Assembly: GCA_018398765.1 (NCBI GenBank)
Contig: JAHBMJ010000486.1
Coordinates: 1 to 46,499 of the forward strand
DNA: 46,499 nucleotides
Direction: 5' to 3'
From: Chromera velia
Lineage: Eukaryota
Shown: positions 12,912 through 25,263 of the stretch, one piece after another
Position numbering within the stretch: the first letter of the stretch is position 1
Layout of the letters: each line of letters begins with the position of its first letter
Position numbers and translations under genes: made by a program
The notes under the pieces: model-generated
Told to the model about the DNA's origin: nothing
The model's input: the letters and a program-made list of their open reading frames with translations, nothing else
Databases searched by the model: none

Positions 12912-13520
12912 CCCAATTATTACCCAAGCAAACTACAGCAGACTGAACTATGAGCGAGAAGCATACAAATCTAGACATACACATTAAATTCATTAAATCA
13001 ATCAAATCAAATCTTCTCATCAATTCAGGTAGTCTTTCCTTATTAATTTGGATTAACTATAGGACTTACGTATACTTGAAAGCTATATGTGTTACAGAAA
13101 AAATAAATTTGAATGGAAAAATCACTGTTTAAACCAGATATCAATTTTTTTTCAAGTCTTATATCTTATATGGCAAAAAAAAAATATTTGACGTGTTTAA
13201 TATGTATTAGGTTTAATATGTGGTATTTTTTTTTTATTTAGCGACATATCTCGGCCTTTCACATCTTTTGCTCGACCTGTCTCTGCGTGCTTGTATCGAT
13301 CCCCTCTAGTATCCCGGCCCTTCATTTCTCTTCAATCACTCCCTATATTCAAAGCCCTGAGAGCTTTATACTGGATCTAAAGTACCATATACAGTAATAC
13401 TAGCCCTAACCGGCGTAGTAACCACTACCAGTAGCCGCGGCGCTTCCGCCACCTGCAGTGTACCATATAATTTATTAACCTTAGCATTGGGCATTAGGGC
13501 GGGAGGCCAATCATCTAGAT

Positions 13521-14777
13521 GATTGATTGATTGATTGATGCCAAACCCTAGGTGGAGTTAGAACTCCCGGGCGGCGCATACATGCATGGGTCTGTTCAAT
13601 TATGCCAGCTGCAAGCTAAGTGGACGACAGTTATTCGAACTTAATCTAATCAATCATTTACTACAATATGGTGAGAAATCATAAAGAGGAGAAAGGGTTG
13701 AGAACGCAAAAGCGATGTGATGAACTTGCGAACCCCCAGATTAGAAAAGAAGGCAAATGCAAAGGGTGAGTCACAACGAGTGAAGCGGTCTGATTGAATT
13801 AATGCCAACCACTGCAAAAAGCCTTGTTCGGCAGTCTATCGGGGACAGACAGAGAGCCGATGAATAAAATTAACTACATACCGGCAGCAGACTTCATAGG
13901 TGCACAGCTTTCTATCAGAGCAACCAACAGGCAGCCCACCTTGCCCGCCCATCGGGTTATATGTCAGCATGCGCAAAAAAGAAAAGATCGAGCCATCCGT
14001 AACCGACAGGGCAGAACGGGGAAGGGCAGAGACAGAAAGAACACCGGAGGATGACTTGCTGCACAGGAGGAAGACAACACATTCGGCGGGAGGACGGGAA
14101 GTCACGCTGCAGAGGGGTGAGTCTAGCAAGGAGGGGAAAGTGAGAGGAAGATTGCCCATCATCCTCAGAAGCCTTCATGCATTCCTTTGCAACTGTCTGT
14201 CTCACCTTGCCCTTAAAGAAAAGTGAGCCGGTGCCTTGTGCCCTATGACCATTCTGCCCGCGTTGGGAAGACAGATCGGGCTCAACCCTCAGTGAGCGGA
14301 CAGAAATCAAATCAGCCCAACGAAGCAGCCTGTCTATAGATCTTGTGAATTGTTGGCAGCAGTTATTCTTCCAGGCACGCAACATGGCTGCAGGAATAGT
14401 GTGTGTTGTAATGGAAAGAGAGTGCCACCAGTCAGCTACGCGGGAGTAGAGAAGGGCTTTGCAGGGAAGAAGACCAAGGATGTAAAGAGAGGGCAGACGG
14501 AGGTTACGAGCAGACAAATGACCACACCAACAGGCAAATCGAAGCTGCAAAGCATCAAGAGCGAGCAGGTCTGCATCCCGTACTGGCAGACATTCAAGGC
14601 AGTAGAGCACTACGGGGGTTCAGCAGGCTCTAAAGACTATTACCTGCACGTCAATGCTAAGTGGGCCCATGCTCGCAATCAACCCAATTACCCCTCCCAG
14701 AGCCTATAAAGCAGAAGCAATACGGGACTTAATTATCTTGTTCAAGCACCCCCCTTCAAAGAAAACACACCCCAGAT
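13521..14777 (-). mobile_element. Dead 5'-truncated LINE (non-LTR retrotransposon): RT C-terminus, CCHC-like knuckle, (TCAA)n tail
   Basis: Minus frame reads YLGCVF..NKIIKSRIASAL*AL...IVFRAC*TPVVLYCLECLPVRDADLLALDALQLRF, matching the LINE YLG / EI..RI..A / PVLLYG.E / L...Q.R motifs. After a frameshift it reads RKLCTYEVCC..FIHRLSVCPR*. It ends in atcaatcaatcaatcaatc at 13539-13521. Confidence 0.85.
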
Positions 14778-16669
14778 ATAAATCTTAATCCTAATCCTAA
14801 TTGCAACGTACCATAGTAAACCGTAACGGTTTACAATAATTTTTACAGCTTTGTTTCTGTTAGAGCCTGTAGTGCTAGGAAAAGGTTCAAGGTTCACGGT
14901 TCACTAGTTTTGAAGTAATGAACCTGAATCAGGTTCAAAAACAGCTTTACTTTTAATTCAATAGTGCAAACTGTACTTCCCTGAACCTACGTACCACTTA
15001 AAAAAATATAATCAAGATCATTCATATGTACGGCACTCTTTTTTAAGAGAGCGTTCACGCATGTGGCATAAACGGTCAAAACACCGTCCAGATATGCGGT
15101 TTTACCTTTCAAAAGACCCTCAAAGATCCGCGCCTGCGGCGCAAACTTTCAAACTTATCCAAAAGTATGGCTTTAACTTTCAAGTAGTACCTAGGATCAG
15201 GGAGGTTGCAAACTGTATGTTTTTTCAGCGCTCTACTGTAGGTTTTACTGCTAGTTTTAGTGCTTTCTGGCGCTTTTCTCTTATTTTTTAAACACAATTT
15301 CTTTAAAAAAATATATAAAAGTAATTTAAAGATTCTGAAACTTATAAAGCAAAAACAGAGGCTAGTAGTAACACTATTAGTATTACTGGTAGATTGAGAG
15401 ACACTTGTATTGAAACTAGTATTTAAAAGTTATATAAGAATACATTGTTGTATACCAGTATTGTTGATGCTAAACAGAGTCTAACAGATATAAGGAGTCT
15501 TAAAGGAGAGTATAGAGGTGCATCCAGGGGTCGGCCGTTATTTAGAGTCCAAAGACTGTTAGTACAACGAACAGCTAGAAGAGAAAGACTTCAACCAATT
15601 GGATATACTTCTATCAGAGTGAATTAAAGCAGGCAGAAATCAATTTTCCACCCATTACGGTTGATTCAGCCGTGGCCCCCACGTACGTACGACTCAACTC
15701 ACGGTACGAATACAAACTTAAGGACTCACTCAGGATATGCCGATGGCACCGTAGATTTGTCTTCCATGATAGGGCGCCAATACAGCGGCACACAACATGT
15801 ATAAGGGGTATAATAGTTAATTATTACTATAAATTTTATATTAATTCGTTAATTTTCTCATGAGTATAAAATTTTAATTTTGAGGAATTTGGCTTATAAT
15901 AGCCTCACATCTCTTTCTACATCTGTTTACTATTTCGATCTTATATAATCTTATATGGGTAGAATGTTCACAAACTGCCTTTAGGCTTTGCCATGGCCTA
16001 AAGGGCCACTGGCACGATAGCTGCCGGATTAAGTCGTGATTTTAAGTCACCTCATGATCATCATCATCAGTTAATATAGCTTTAATCTAAGCTTTAATAG
16101 TATGACAATGTTTATCATCATTATCATTTTCAATAAGTTTTTAAATTAATATATTCTACTTCAAAAAGTTGTTTTGCTCCTCATATAATAATGACACATA
16201 TTATTTGCTCTATTCTACAATGATGTTCATTAAAAGTGAATTTCAGTTGAATTTTTATCGTTGCCTGCCAGCTAGCCTGCAAGTGTGTAACGTGTGCAGG
16301 CTGTGTTTGCACTAGTGTTTGAATGACTTGAAAACTTTGTAAAGCACTAGACAAGGCATTGATCGACTCCGTGGAGTAATGAGTAACTATATAAATAAGG
16401 AAAAACCAGCCAGATACTTTCTGTCTGGGGATCTTGCTTAACTGAATGGATATACGGTTGTCCAAGTTTTATAGAAAGTTTGCTTCCCGCAATCAATCGA
16501 TTCCAGCAATACTCTCTTACTATAGATAAGAAAACAGCAGATTCTTTCTCTTTTTTTCCTCTTACCATAAAGATTTAAGACTTTAGACAAGCCAATCTAA
16601 TAAATTGAATCTATTAATACTGCGTGCGTGCATATATATATGTGCACACATGTATATGAGCCCATCCAT

Positions 16670-16793
16670 GTGTGAGTGTGTATGCACGTAACACTGTACG
16701 TGTATGTGTGTAAAAGTGTATGTCTGTGTATGTGTGTGTGTGTATGTGTATATGTATGTGTGTGTGTATATGTATGTGTATATATATATGTGT

Positions 16794-16832
<39 letters not shown>

Positions 16833-16845
16833 TATGTGTATATGT
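16670..16845. repeat. Degenerate (GT)/(AT) microsatellite
   Basis: Directly visible. Confidence 0.9.
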
Positions 16846-19216
16846 ACGGATGGACGAAAGACTGGCAAGGTGAGGGAGAGATCAGATAAGGATGCGGTGT
16901 GTGTTTGGGGGAGGAGAAGGGAGGAAGCTTCAAGGAAGGAAGGAGGGAAGGACGGACGGAAGAAAAGACCAATGGAAAGGAACCAGAAAAACCAAGAACG
17001 TGCAAGCCAAAAAGCCCAAACCCCTACCAACACCCCAAATGATATGCGATCCATCTATCTATCCATTCTTCTCCTGATTTCTGGCCACCACGCCCAAGAC
17101 TGTCTTATGTATTAGGGGGGGAAGGGGGGGGGGGTAAAAGGGGGTCAAAAAGATGGTATCAGATTTTTTTCACAGCCCCTTAACTTAAAAAAAAAAAAGA
17201 GATATTAGAAAAAGAAGTAAAGGGTTTTGTAAGATTTAATTTTCTTTTGCCGAAGCCCTTTTTCGTTTTTGATAGTTTTTGAGTGGAAAAGTCTACAAAT
17301 TTAGAAAAAAGGCAAAGATTTAGTGAAAACAATTATAATTAGGGCTAATTACGGCCCTATAATGGCCCTATAAGTGCAGTTGTACGGCGCAGCAGTATAG
17401 TTTTAGCCCTTTTTTAGTGAGTTTGTCTTTTGAGTTAACTTTTGACACGTGTTTTCTACATACGTGCCACTCCGAGATGACTCATCGTGACTTCGTAGTT
17501 CTATCGGTACCTGTCGAGCAGAATTGTGGCTATTTTTTTCTCAGCGTAGTTTTTTAATTTAAAATGAAGGGGCTAGTAACGATACATTATAAAAATATGT
17601 TTTTATATAAAACTTAAGCACCAGGCTATCTTTCTTAAATATGCTTAAATGCCTTTCCCTGCTTCTGAAGAAGAGGAAGCTTTGCAAGCGAGTTTTGCAA
17701 GCTGCAATTCATAAATTTTATTTATGCGCCTGAATTAATGTAAAGATAATGCAAAGGCTTCTAATGAAGATCGTTTTGTTCCATATATAAATCGCTTTAA
17801 TCTCAGCTGACTGAGTATATGTATAATTTGAGCTTATCAGCGATCCATCTCTCTGGGACCGTCAGTGACGAAACAACACAAAGGCTTCAACAGCCTCTAT
17901 CTTGTTTTGTTAAGCTAGCTGGTCAATTCGCGTTCCGGTGAGCTGCTGCAGGCATTCAGCAGTTGTTGCCTCCCACTGCATACAGATAGTCAACTCTTTT
18001 GTGAAGACAAACCTTCATGAGGTGATCCTGCTGACAGCAGGATAAGGCGACATGCCTCGATCGACTGATCGAAGCACAAAATGAATTCTTCATCAACCCG
18101 CAGGCCAAATCCAGCTAGGCCAAAATGCGCGGCGCTGCATGATTTGCATTGAAGCGCTTCCTTCACTGGACCCACAAGGATGCACCTGTCAGTACAGGCA
18201 TGACAGATTCACAGAATGGATATTGATAGCAATAAAATAAAATAAAATGAATTCCATCTGTCGCCCATGCATGGTACTTCGAATAAATTCAAAAATTCCC
18301 CGGCTCCTCGTTCTTTGTTGGCTCTACGCTGAGTGTGCATCCATGATCGCAGTGCTTGCACAAGATCACGCCATGAGCGAATTGGGGGATGTCCAGCTCT
18401 CCACCCCCTCCTCCTCTCCCTTCTTCTTTCCTGCCTGAGTTTCTTAGTCAGTCAGTCAGTCATCCCTGAATTCAGATTTTCCATGCCCCTTTCTTCCCTA
18501 ACAAACGCGTGGAGGTTGCCGCCCCCCATTCCCTCCGTCCCTTTCCCCTCGTTCTTCCCTTGATGCGCCTCCCTTGAACATGCAGACGTACAAAAATCAA
18601 TTAATGTCTTTCAGAACTCGAGCTAGGCCTTTCATGATCGAGATGCACGAAGATGAAGACAACATGCATGCTGACAGTCTCGCATGCAGCAAAGACGTAC
18701 ATGATGCAAAATGAGAGATGAGAAAAGAAGTAGAGTGCCGAGATGAGTACACAAAGAGAGGGGCAGATGACAGGATGATGCATGATGATAAGACAATGAA
18801 TGGCAAGAAAAGAAACAAAACGATCTCTTTCATGCACGTTGAAGGGCGTAGAAGAAAAAACTCAAGAAATCCCCCCGTGCGTGCTCGCCCTCCATTGGGT
18901 GCATGGGTGGGGCCTTTTCTCCTCCTTGAGTTTTTCCTTCCCCTCCTTTGCTTCTCTCTCTCTCCCTCTCTGTGAGCGTCTTGCTTCGAGGAAGAAAAGA
19001 GGGACGAGAACAGAGGGCGTGTAATTCTTCACTTCCTTCCTTCCTTTTGGTTTTGATGCGTGGAATGAACGCACGGAGGTCTGTCATCTCCAATACAAAA
19101 AGGGAAGGGGGAGGAAGAAATTGTGGGAGGGTGAGGTTGATTCCTTCTTGACGGAGACACATCCAATGAATCCCAAATGAATAAGTGCAGTCACCTTGCT
19201 CGACTCAAACACGTAG

Positions 19217-19247
<31 letters not shown>

Positions 19248-19957
19248 CACCGAAGAGCAGGTGGTGAAAGGAGGTAGAGAGAGAGGGGACTGTAAGAAAG
19301 GGAGTTGCAGTCCTTCCTTCGTTCCTTGTGCCCGTGTCTGTCTGAACGTGTGCATGTGTGTTTTTCTTTTCTTTCCCTCCACATGAATGTTCACATGACA
19401 TGCTTTCCGTCTCTGAATCAGAACGGAATTCACGAGATGAACAGTGCACGAAATGATCATTCGACGCTGTGTATCCAAATAGAATATTTGCTGCTTCCTG
19501 TTTTGATGTCTCTGCTGTGGAACCTGCTATTCTCTCCCTTGAAATTCTCTTTGTGGAACTTTTGCGTTTTTTCCCTTCCCCCATGTATTCATTCATTCAT
19601 CACTCCTCCCGTTTGACTGCATGGCCCCTCTCCGATCTCCTCCACACCCTTTCTTTCTTTCTTCCCATGATCATCATACCCTTCCTTCTCGTCTCGATCC
19701 CCTTTTCGGTTCTGGCTTCCCTAACTACTTTTGCCCCCCCTTACCATTCATCTGAGGTTTGATTTTCTTTCGGTACTGTACACACAGACCACTGATCGAG
19801 CCTGCCTCCCTCATTCCCTTTTCGGTTTGGCTGTGTTGTGTTTCTTCCCTGTCTTCCTTTCCTTTCCCTTCCCACTGCCCGTTCCTGCTCCGTCAGAAAT
19901 TACTGCTTTCTTGGCTTTGAACCCCCCTCCCCCCCGTTCCCCTTCTTGTTCAAATAT

Positions 19958-22551
19958 TTATTTCGCTGGCCGGATTCTTCCGCCAGTCTNCCCCCCCCTT
20001 TGATCTGCGGAAGAGGACGATGACGAGGATGAAGACGAAATCGAACCGCTCTTCCCTCCCCCCCCCGCCCCTCCCCGCGCTGCAGCCACACTGATTGAAG
20101 GCTCAACACCGCTAGTAGAGGCTTTCCCTTTCTCCTTCCCTTCGCCTGCGTCGTCGATTTCCATCACATACTGCGCCGCTCTGCCGCCCTTCTGGGGACT
20201 CGCGGCAGCGGCGGCAGATGAGGAGGAAGACGGCACCTCCGGAGCTGCCTTTTGGGGGTTTACGGGAGCGGCAGCGGCTGAGGATGGGTTAGGGTCCTTG
20301 GGAGCAATGCGTGATTTGGGGGATCCGAGTTCGGCTCCCTTGGTCTCGAAGGGGAGCCATTGGGCTGCAATGACTGCTACAACAGCGATCATCGCGTAGA
20401 TGGCTATGGCTATGAACGGTTCTCTCCGAAGAACCACCTGAGCGATCAGAGGGGTCAAGATTGCCCCCCCACGGGCACAGAAATTGAAGAACCCGGAGAT
20501 CCTCGCTCGGATGGCAGTACTGTATACTTCTGGCGTGTACACTTCAATGACCTGGAAACCCCCTGTGATACACCCTCTGGCAAGGAAAATGAAGGAAGTT
20601 TCTGCAGCACGCGGCGTGCAGGGCAGCAAAAGGAGGAAGCCAACCGATGCCACGAGGAGCATGTACTTGGATGTGTTTCTCCTCCCGATCGTCTCGATGC
20701 CTCCTAGTGCCAGGAGAATGCCGAAGAACTCGGCTGCTGCTGTGATGAGAACTGCAAAGTAGTCTTCCGTCTGGAGTTGAGTGCACTTACTGCCGTCAGG
20801 TGCGACGAATCCTTTGCTCTTACATCTGAGCCCCTCTTGCTCTACAAGGAAAAGTTCGGTTGTGAAGAGGACAAGACCGTAATACATGAATGCACAAGAG
20901 AACCAAATGGTGATCAATAGGATGGAGGTGAATCGGTATGTGTCTCCAAAGACAATCTTGAGGAATGCCATGGGCCCCTGGGCCTGTGCGAGGTCGCCCT
21001 CGTTTCTGGAGAGACAGAGACCCCCCGGGGGAATTTGGAATGAAGGGCGACCGTTGCACTTGGCCACTCGCTTCACCAGCTGCTGCGCTCTCTCTTGCTG
21101 TTCCGTTCGCAGGAGGTACCTGCAAGCATGGATGCATGCACGCAGAAAAAAGAATGGTGTTTGCTCGGTCGCTTGACGTTTGTCTGTTGGATCAGCTTTG
21201 AAAAAGAAACCAGAGAGAGGCGGTTCCTCTCCTTCCTCTGCTGAACGGAGTGCATTTTCTTTCCCTCTGCTTCCGCGTGTCTCCCTTCTTTCCTCGGAGC
21301 CTCTCTCTCTCTCTCTCTCTCTCTGCGTGTGTGCGTGTGTGTGTGTGTGACAGAGAAAGAGGACTAGAGAGAGCGAGCAAATTGAACGAGAAAGAGTAAT
21401 CCAACCGCCCCCCCACCCATCCACCCACCAAGGCGATTCAGGGATCAGAGGGAACAGGCAGACCACGATGAGGGAGGGAAGGGAAGAGAAGGTCATCAGC
21501 CAACGCCAACCCAGGGTCGGCATCACTGCAAATGCCAGACAGGCCTGCAGCCAGGCAAACGAATCGACATTCACACACACAAAGAAAAAAGAAGAAAATT
21601 AACACAGAAAGACAGTCACGAGCAAACCCAGAAATAGACTTCACACACAAACAGAAACTTCATACCTATCAACAAAAGGAGGTAAACGACAGATAAACAG
21701 ATGCCGCGTAGAGGTATGAACGTTACTGAACAAAATCTGCGAAGAATTGTATCAAACGCCGTACGTTCTCCCCTGAATATGCCGATGCCATTCTTTCTCT
21801 CCCTTCTAGCGCGTGGATCGAATATCGAGATCTCAGAACAACGCACGCTTCATGTTTCTGCCACTGATCACTCCAACTCTTGTGTTTGACATACTGCAAC
21901 GCAGACACAGCTTCCAACACATTAGCCAACCAGCCGACCAGCCAAACATCCTCTCTCTCTCTTTCTCTCTCTCTCTCTTCAATTGGTTTCTGTACAAAGA
22001 AAGAAGAGGCACTCACTCACCTCAAAGATCGCCCCAAAGGACCAGGAGAACTGGAGGCAGACCATGTAGAACCCCCTGTTCCTTGCCGGCAGGAATTCCG
22101 CAAAGTACGCCAGCGACTGAGAAGCCCCCCCGATACCGAACCCAGTAGCGAATCTGAACAGTAGGAGGACCCAGAGGTTCGGAGCAAACGAGGAGAGGAG
22201 ACCGGTGATCCCAACAAACAATGCAGAGCCGAGGTAAGAGGAACGCCTGCCGAAACGATCGCCAATCGCACCCCAGAACAGAGCACCGAAACCTTGACCG
22301 ACAAACACAATCTGCATACATACATGCACTCATTCATCGAGTCACTTTCATCCTCATTGGCTCATTCATCCGTTCACTCATTCCTTCATGTATGCATTCA
22401 ATTCTCCATACACTGATTGACTGTTGCCTTTTTTCATGCTTTCCACTTGACCCGCTTCCTCCCTCCGAGTGAGTCCATGGAGGGAGTACAGCTGTGCAGA
22501 CAGACAGACAGACAGACAGACTATATGATTGCAGACAGACAGACAGACCTA

Positions 22552-22584
<33 letters not shown>

Positions 22585-22718
22585 GAGACAGAAAGAAAGA
22601 CGAAGTGCTTAAGGAAGAGTCGGCAGACAAAATGCACAAGCAAAAGAAGGCGTCCATTTGTACACCCACGCAAACACTCAGAGACAGGGGGGGGGGGAGA
22701 GCGACAGAGAAGAAGAAG

Positions 22719-22768
<50 letters not shown>

Positions 22769-24100
22769 TGCATCCGTAGAGGCGTGTGCAGGCAAAGACA
22801 CAAAACCGAAACGTGCACAACAATTTGGAACACGCCTACAGAAACATTATGGAGTCCGTTCACACACACACAATCAATCCAAAACGACAAAACACAGACG
22901 GACGGACGGACTGACGATGGTCAAGATGGCGGTCTCGATATGGGAAAGGCCCCAGTCACACCGAAGCCCAGCTGACAGGAAAGTGAGGACCATGATCTCC
23001 ATCGCATCGAGCATCCAGACTGACGGCGCACATAGACAGACAAACAAACAAACGAACAGTTAAAAAGAAGGAATGTGTACGGAGGTTTCACGAGCCGACA
23101 TGATGCAAAGACGCCTGCCTACAGACATTCATTCATACAGGCATGCCTGCAGTGTGACAGCAGACGATGGATTTATTTTTTCGATCCGAGCAAGATTGCG
23201 AGGCCTCGATCTCCTTCAGAATGAATTCGGGATGCATGGATTCCTTTCTGCGATTTCCGCAAAAGAGAAGAGACACAAACGCTCTCTCTCTCTCTGGGGA
23301 ACGATCCCTCTGCTTGTTGGTGTCTCTTGTGAGTGTCCATTGAGTGTGATTTACTTTCTTTCTTGTCTTGTTTTCTTTCTGTCTGACTGTCTGTCTGTTT
23401 GCCGCCTGGTATGTTGGGTTGATAAACGGAGGATTTTCATTCCTCTTTCAGTGTTCCTTTCTCTCAATTTCACCGGCCCACTCAGCCACTCAGCCACACA
23501 CTGACGAACTGACTAACTGACCTGCTCCACACACAAAGAGCATAAATATCTGGAACCTCCCGAACCCGATTCTGCATGCAAGGTGATGGAAGCAATGCAC
23601 GCAAGTCAAACACGCAGATCTCACAGAAAGGCGACACCCAGACAATGCTGGTCGGTGACACATGTGCAGGTGATTCGCTGAATGCACAAGAAAGAGCTTT
23701 CCTTAGACACACCTGTTCTACGTCACTCGACCTCATCTTCTTGCATGGGACAAAAAATAGGGAATTCAGACAGACGCGTCTGTCTGGTTTTCCTGATTGT
23801 GAAGCAGGGGAAGGGAAGAAGATGCCGATATGCACTCAAAGACAAGATGGTGTATTTGGTTTCTCCTCAAGGGAGGCTTCCTCGGGGTGGGATCGAGGCA
23901 CATAGACCGACCCTCCGTTTGCATGGCAGATGAGAAGTCAAAGGGAATCGAAGGGAAGGGAAGGGAAGGGGAGACCGACGAACCAAGGGACAATGGGAAG
24001 ACAACGCGAGAAAGAAACATACAAGGAACAGACGAGGACGCTTTCACTCTCACTGGCACTGCTGTACACGCACGCACGCACGCACGCACTCACACACACA

Positions 24101-24137
<37 letters not shown>

Positions 24138-24529
24138 CCCTCTGGTCCATGCATTCACAAGGGCATGGTCTGCGTATGCGACCCGCTGTTCACATGCACG
24201 GAAGGGCAGACGCCAACCAGCATGCGCGTGAGAGGAGTACTGCATAGCAAAAAGGCGAACTTTTGGGTGTTCTAAAGATACGCAAAGAACTTCCTGGAGT
24301 GCTCTTGTGAGTGCAAGAAGTGAAAAGGACGAGCAGAAGCGGGTCTACTTGGCACGTAGTGTCTCATTTTCTCACAGGACGAGTCAACGAATCAAGATAC
24401 AGACATGCGACCCAACTCCAGGGCTTACCGGTCGATGGCCTCCGACACCAAGAGTTTGTTGCCTTCATCTGGGTCTTCTTGGGGTGGGGGCGGGAGGGCA
24501 GGAGGATTTTGGGTGTCTGCAGCTGCCAT
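19958..24529 (-). CDS. SVOP: Major facilitator superfamily transporter, SVOP/SV2-like (6 exons)
   Basis: Exons 24529-24429, 23571-23522, 23020-22916, 22311-22021, 21544-21429 and 21119-19958 are phase-consistent. Motifs: VSEAIDRIGFGRFQ, DAMEIMVL, GAIGDRFGRR, RFATGFGIGG, AEFLP..NRG, GWRWL, PESPWYL, ETIGRR, YTPEVYSTAIRA, LPFETKG. Confidence 0.9.
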
Positions 24530-25263
24530 GGTGTGGGGTTACGTCGATGGGGATTTCTCTCTTGGCTAGCTGGCTTGATTAATTCTTGCTCGAGCTTGGA
24601 AGCATTTGTTGCATGAATTACGTGTTGGTTCGAACGGCTTTGCCTGTCACCGTTCTCTGCCCCTCAGTCAGTTGGTCGAAGGCGTTCTCTTTTTGAAGTC
24701 AACTCAACACCGCTGACGGGAACTGAAACCCTCTACACTGATTCTACAGTTGGCTTTATAGATATCTCTACAGCCACATACCGGTAGCTTTACATATAAT
24801 TCTGTCTAACTTCGAAAAAAATACGCATACAATTTCTCTTGGCATGCAGCCGACTGACCTCCGCGCGGCTAAAAATAGAGCCGCTCGCTTCGCTCGCGAC
24901 TTTAACTCTCCCATTCATGAGTCCCATGCATATATAGCTTCCTCATTCAGGCTAGCTGGCATTTCCTGGCTCCTGCCTTCATTCCAAATTTTCTCCGTCA
25001 ATGATTTCTGGCAGCCGACAGAAGCATAGTACGACTGAGATTTCTGACAGGCCGCCTGCCTATTTCTGTTCTTTTCTTGTGGCAGCTCCAATATAGAGAC
25101 GTCAGTTCTTGGTGCCGTCTCTTTCTGAAATTCTTCGAGCTGTACGGGGGTGTGACAGAAAGTGAAGACGCAAAGCTGCGCCACTATCACGCTAGAAGTT
25201 CAAACTGGTTAGAGAGAAAAAGAGGGAAGAACAGCGTTTGAGAGCTGGTAAAAGAACAAGAGG
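24530..25263. promoter_or_regulatory. Divergent (head-to-head) intergenic region, SVOP-like / CSN2
   Basis: 734 bp between opposed start codons, with a CG-rich patch at about 24860-24900. Confidence 0.55.

Noticed and set aside
14350..14709. 119-aa plus-strand ORF
   Set aside because: Antisense shadow of the LINE reverse-transcriptase relic.
14785..14801. Interstitial telomere
   Set aside because: Only 2-3 TTAGGA units, better explained as the tail of the short dispersed element.
17900..18200. Possible exon fragment
   Set aside because: Short ORF with no recognisable homology or consistent splice partners.
19958..21580. The 540-aa ORF as a single-exon protein
   Set aside because: It reads through intron 21428-21120 (HTHT/ERER insert) and lacks four upstream exons.
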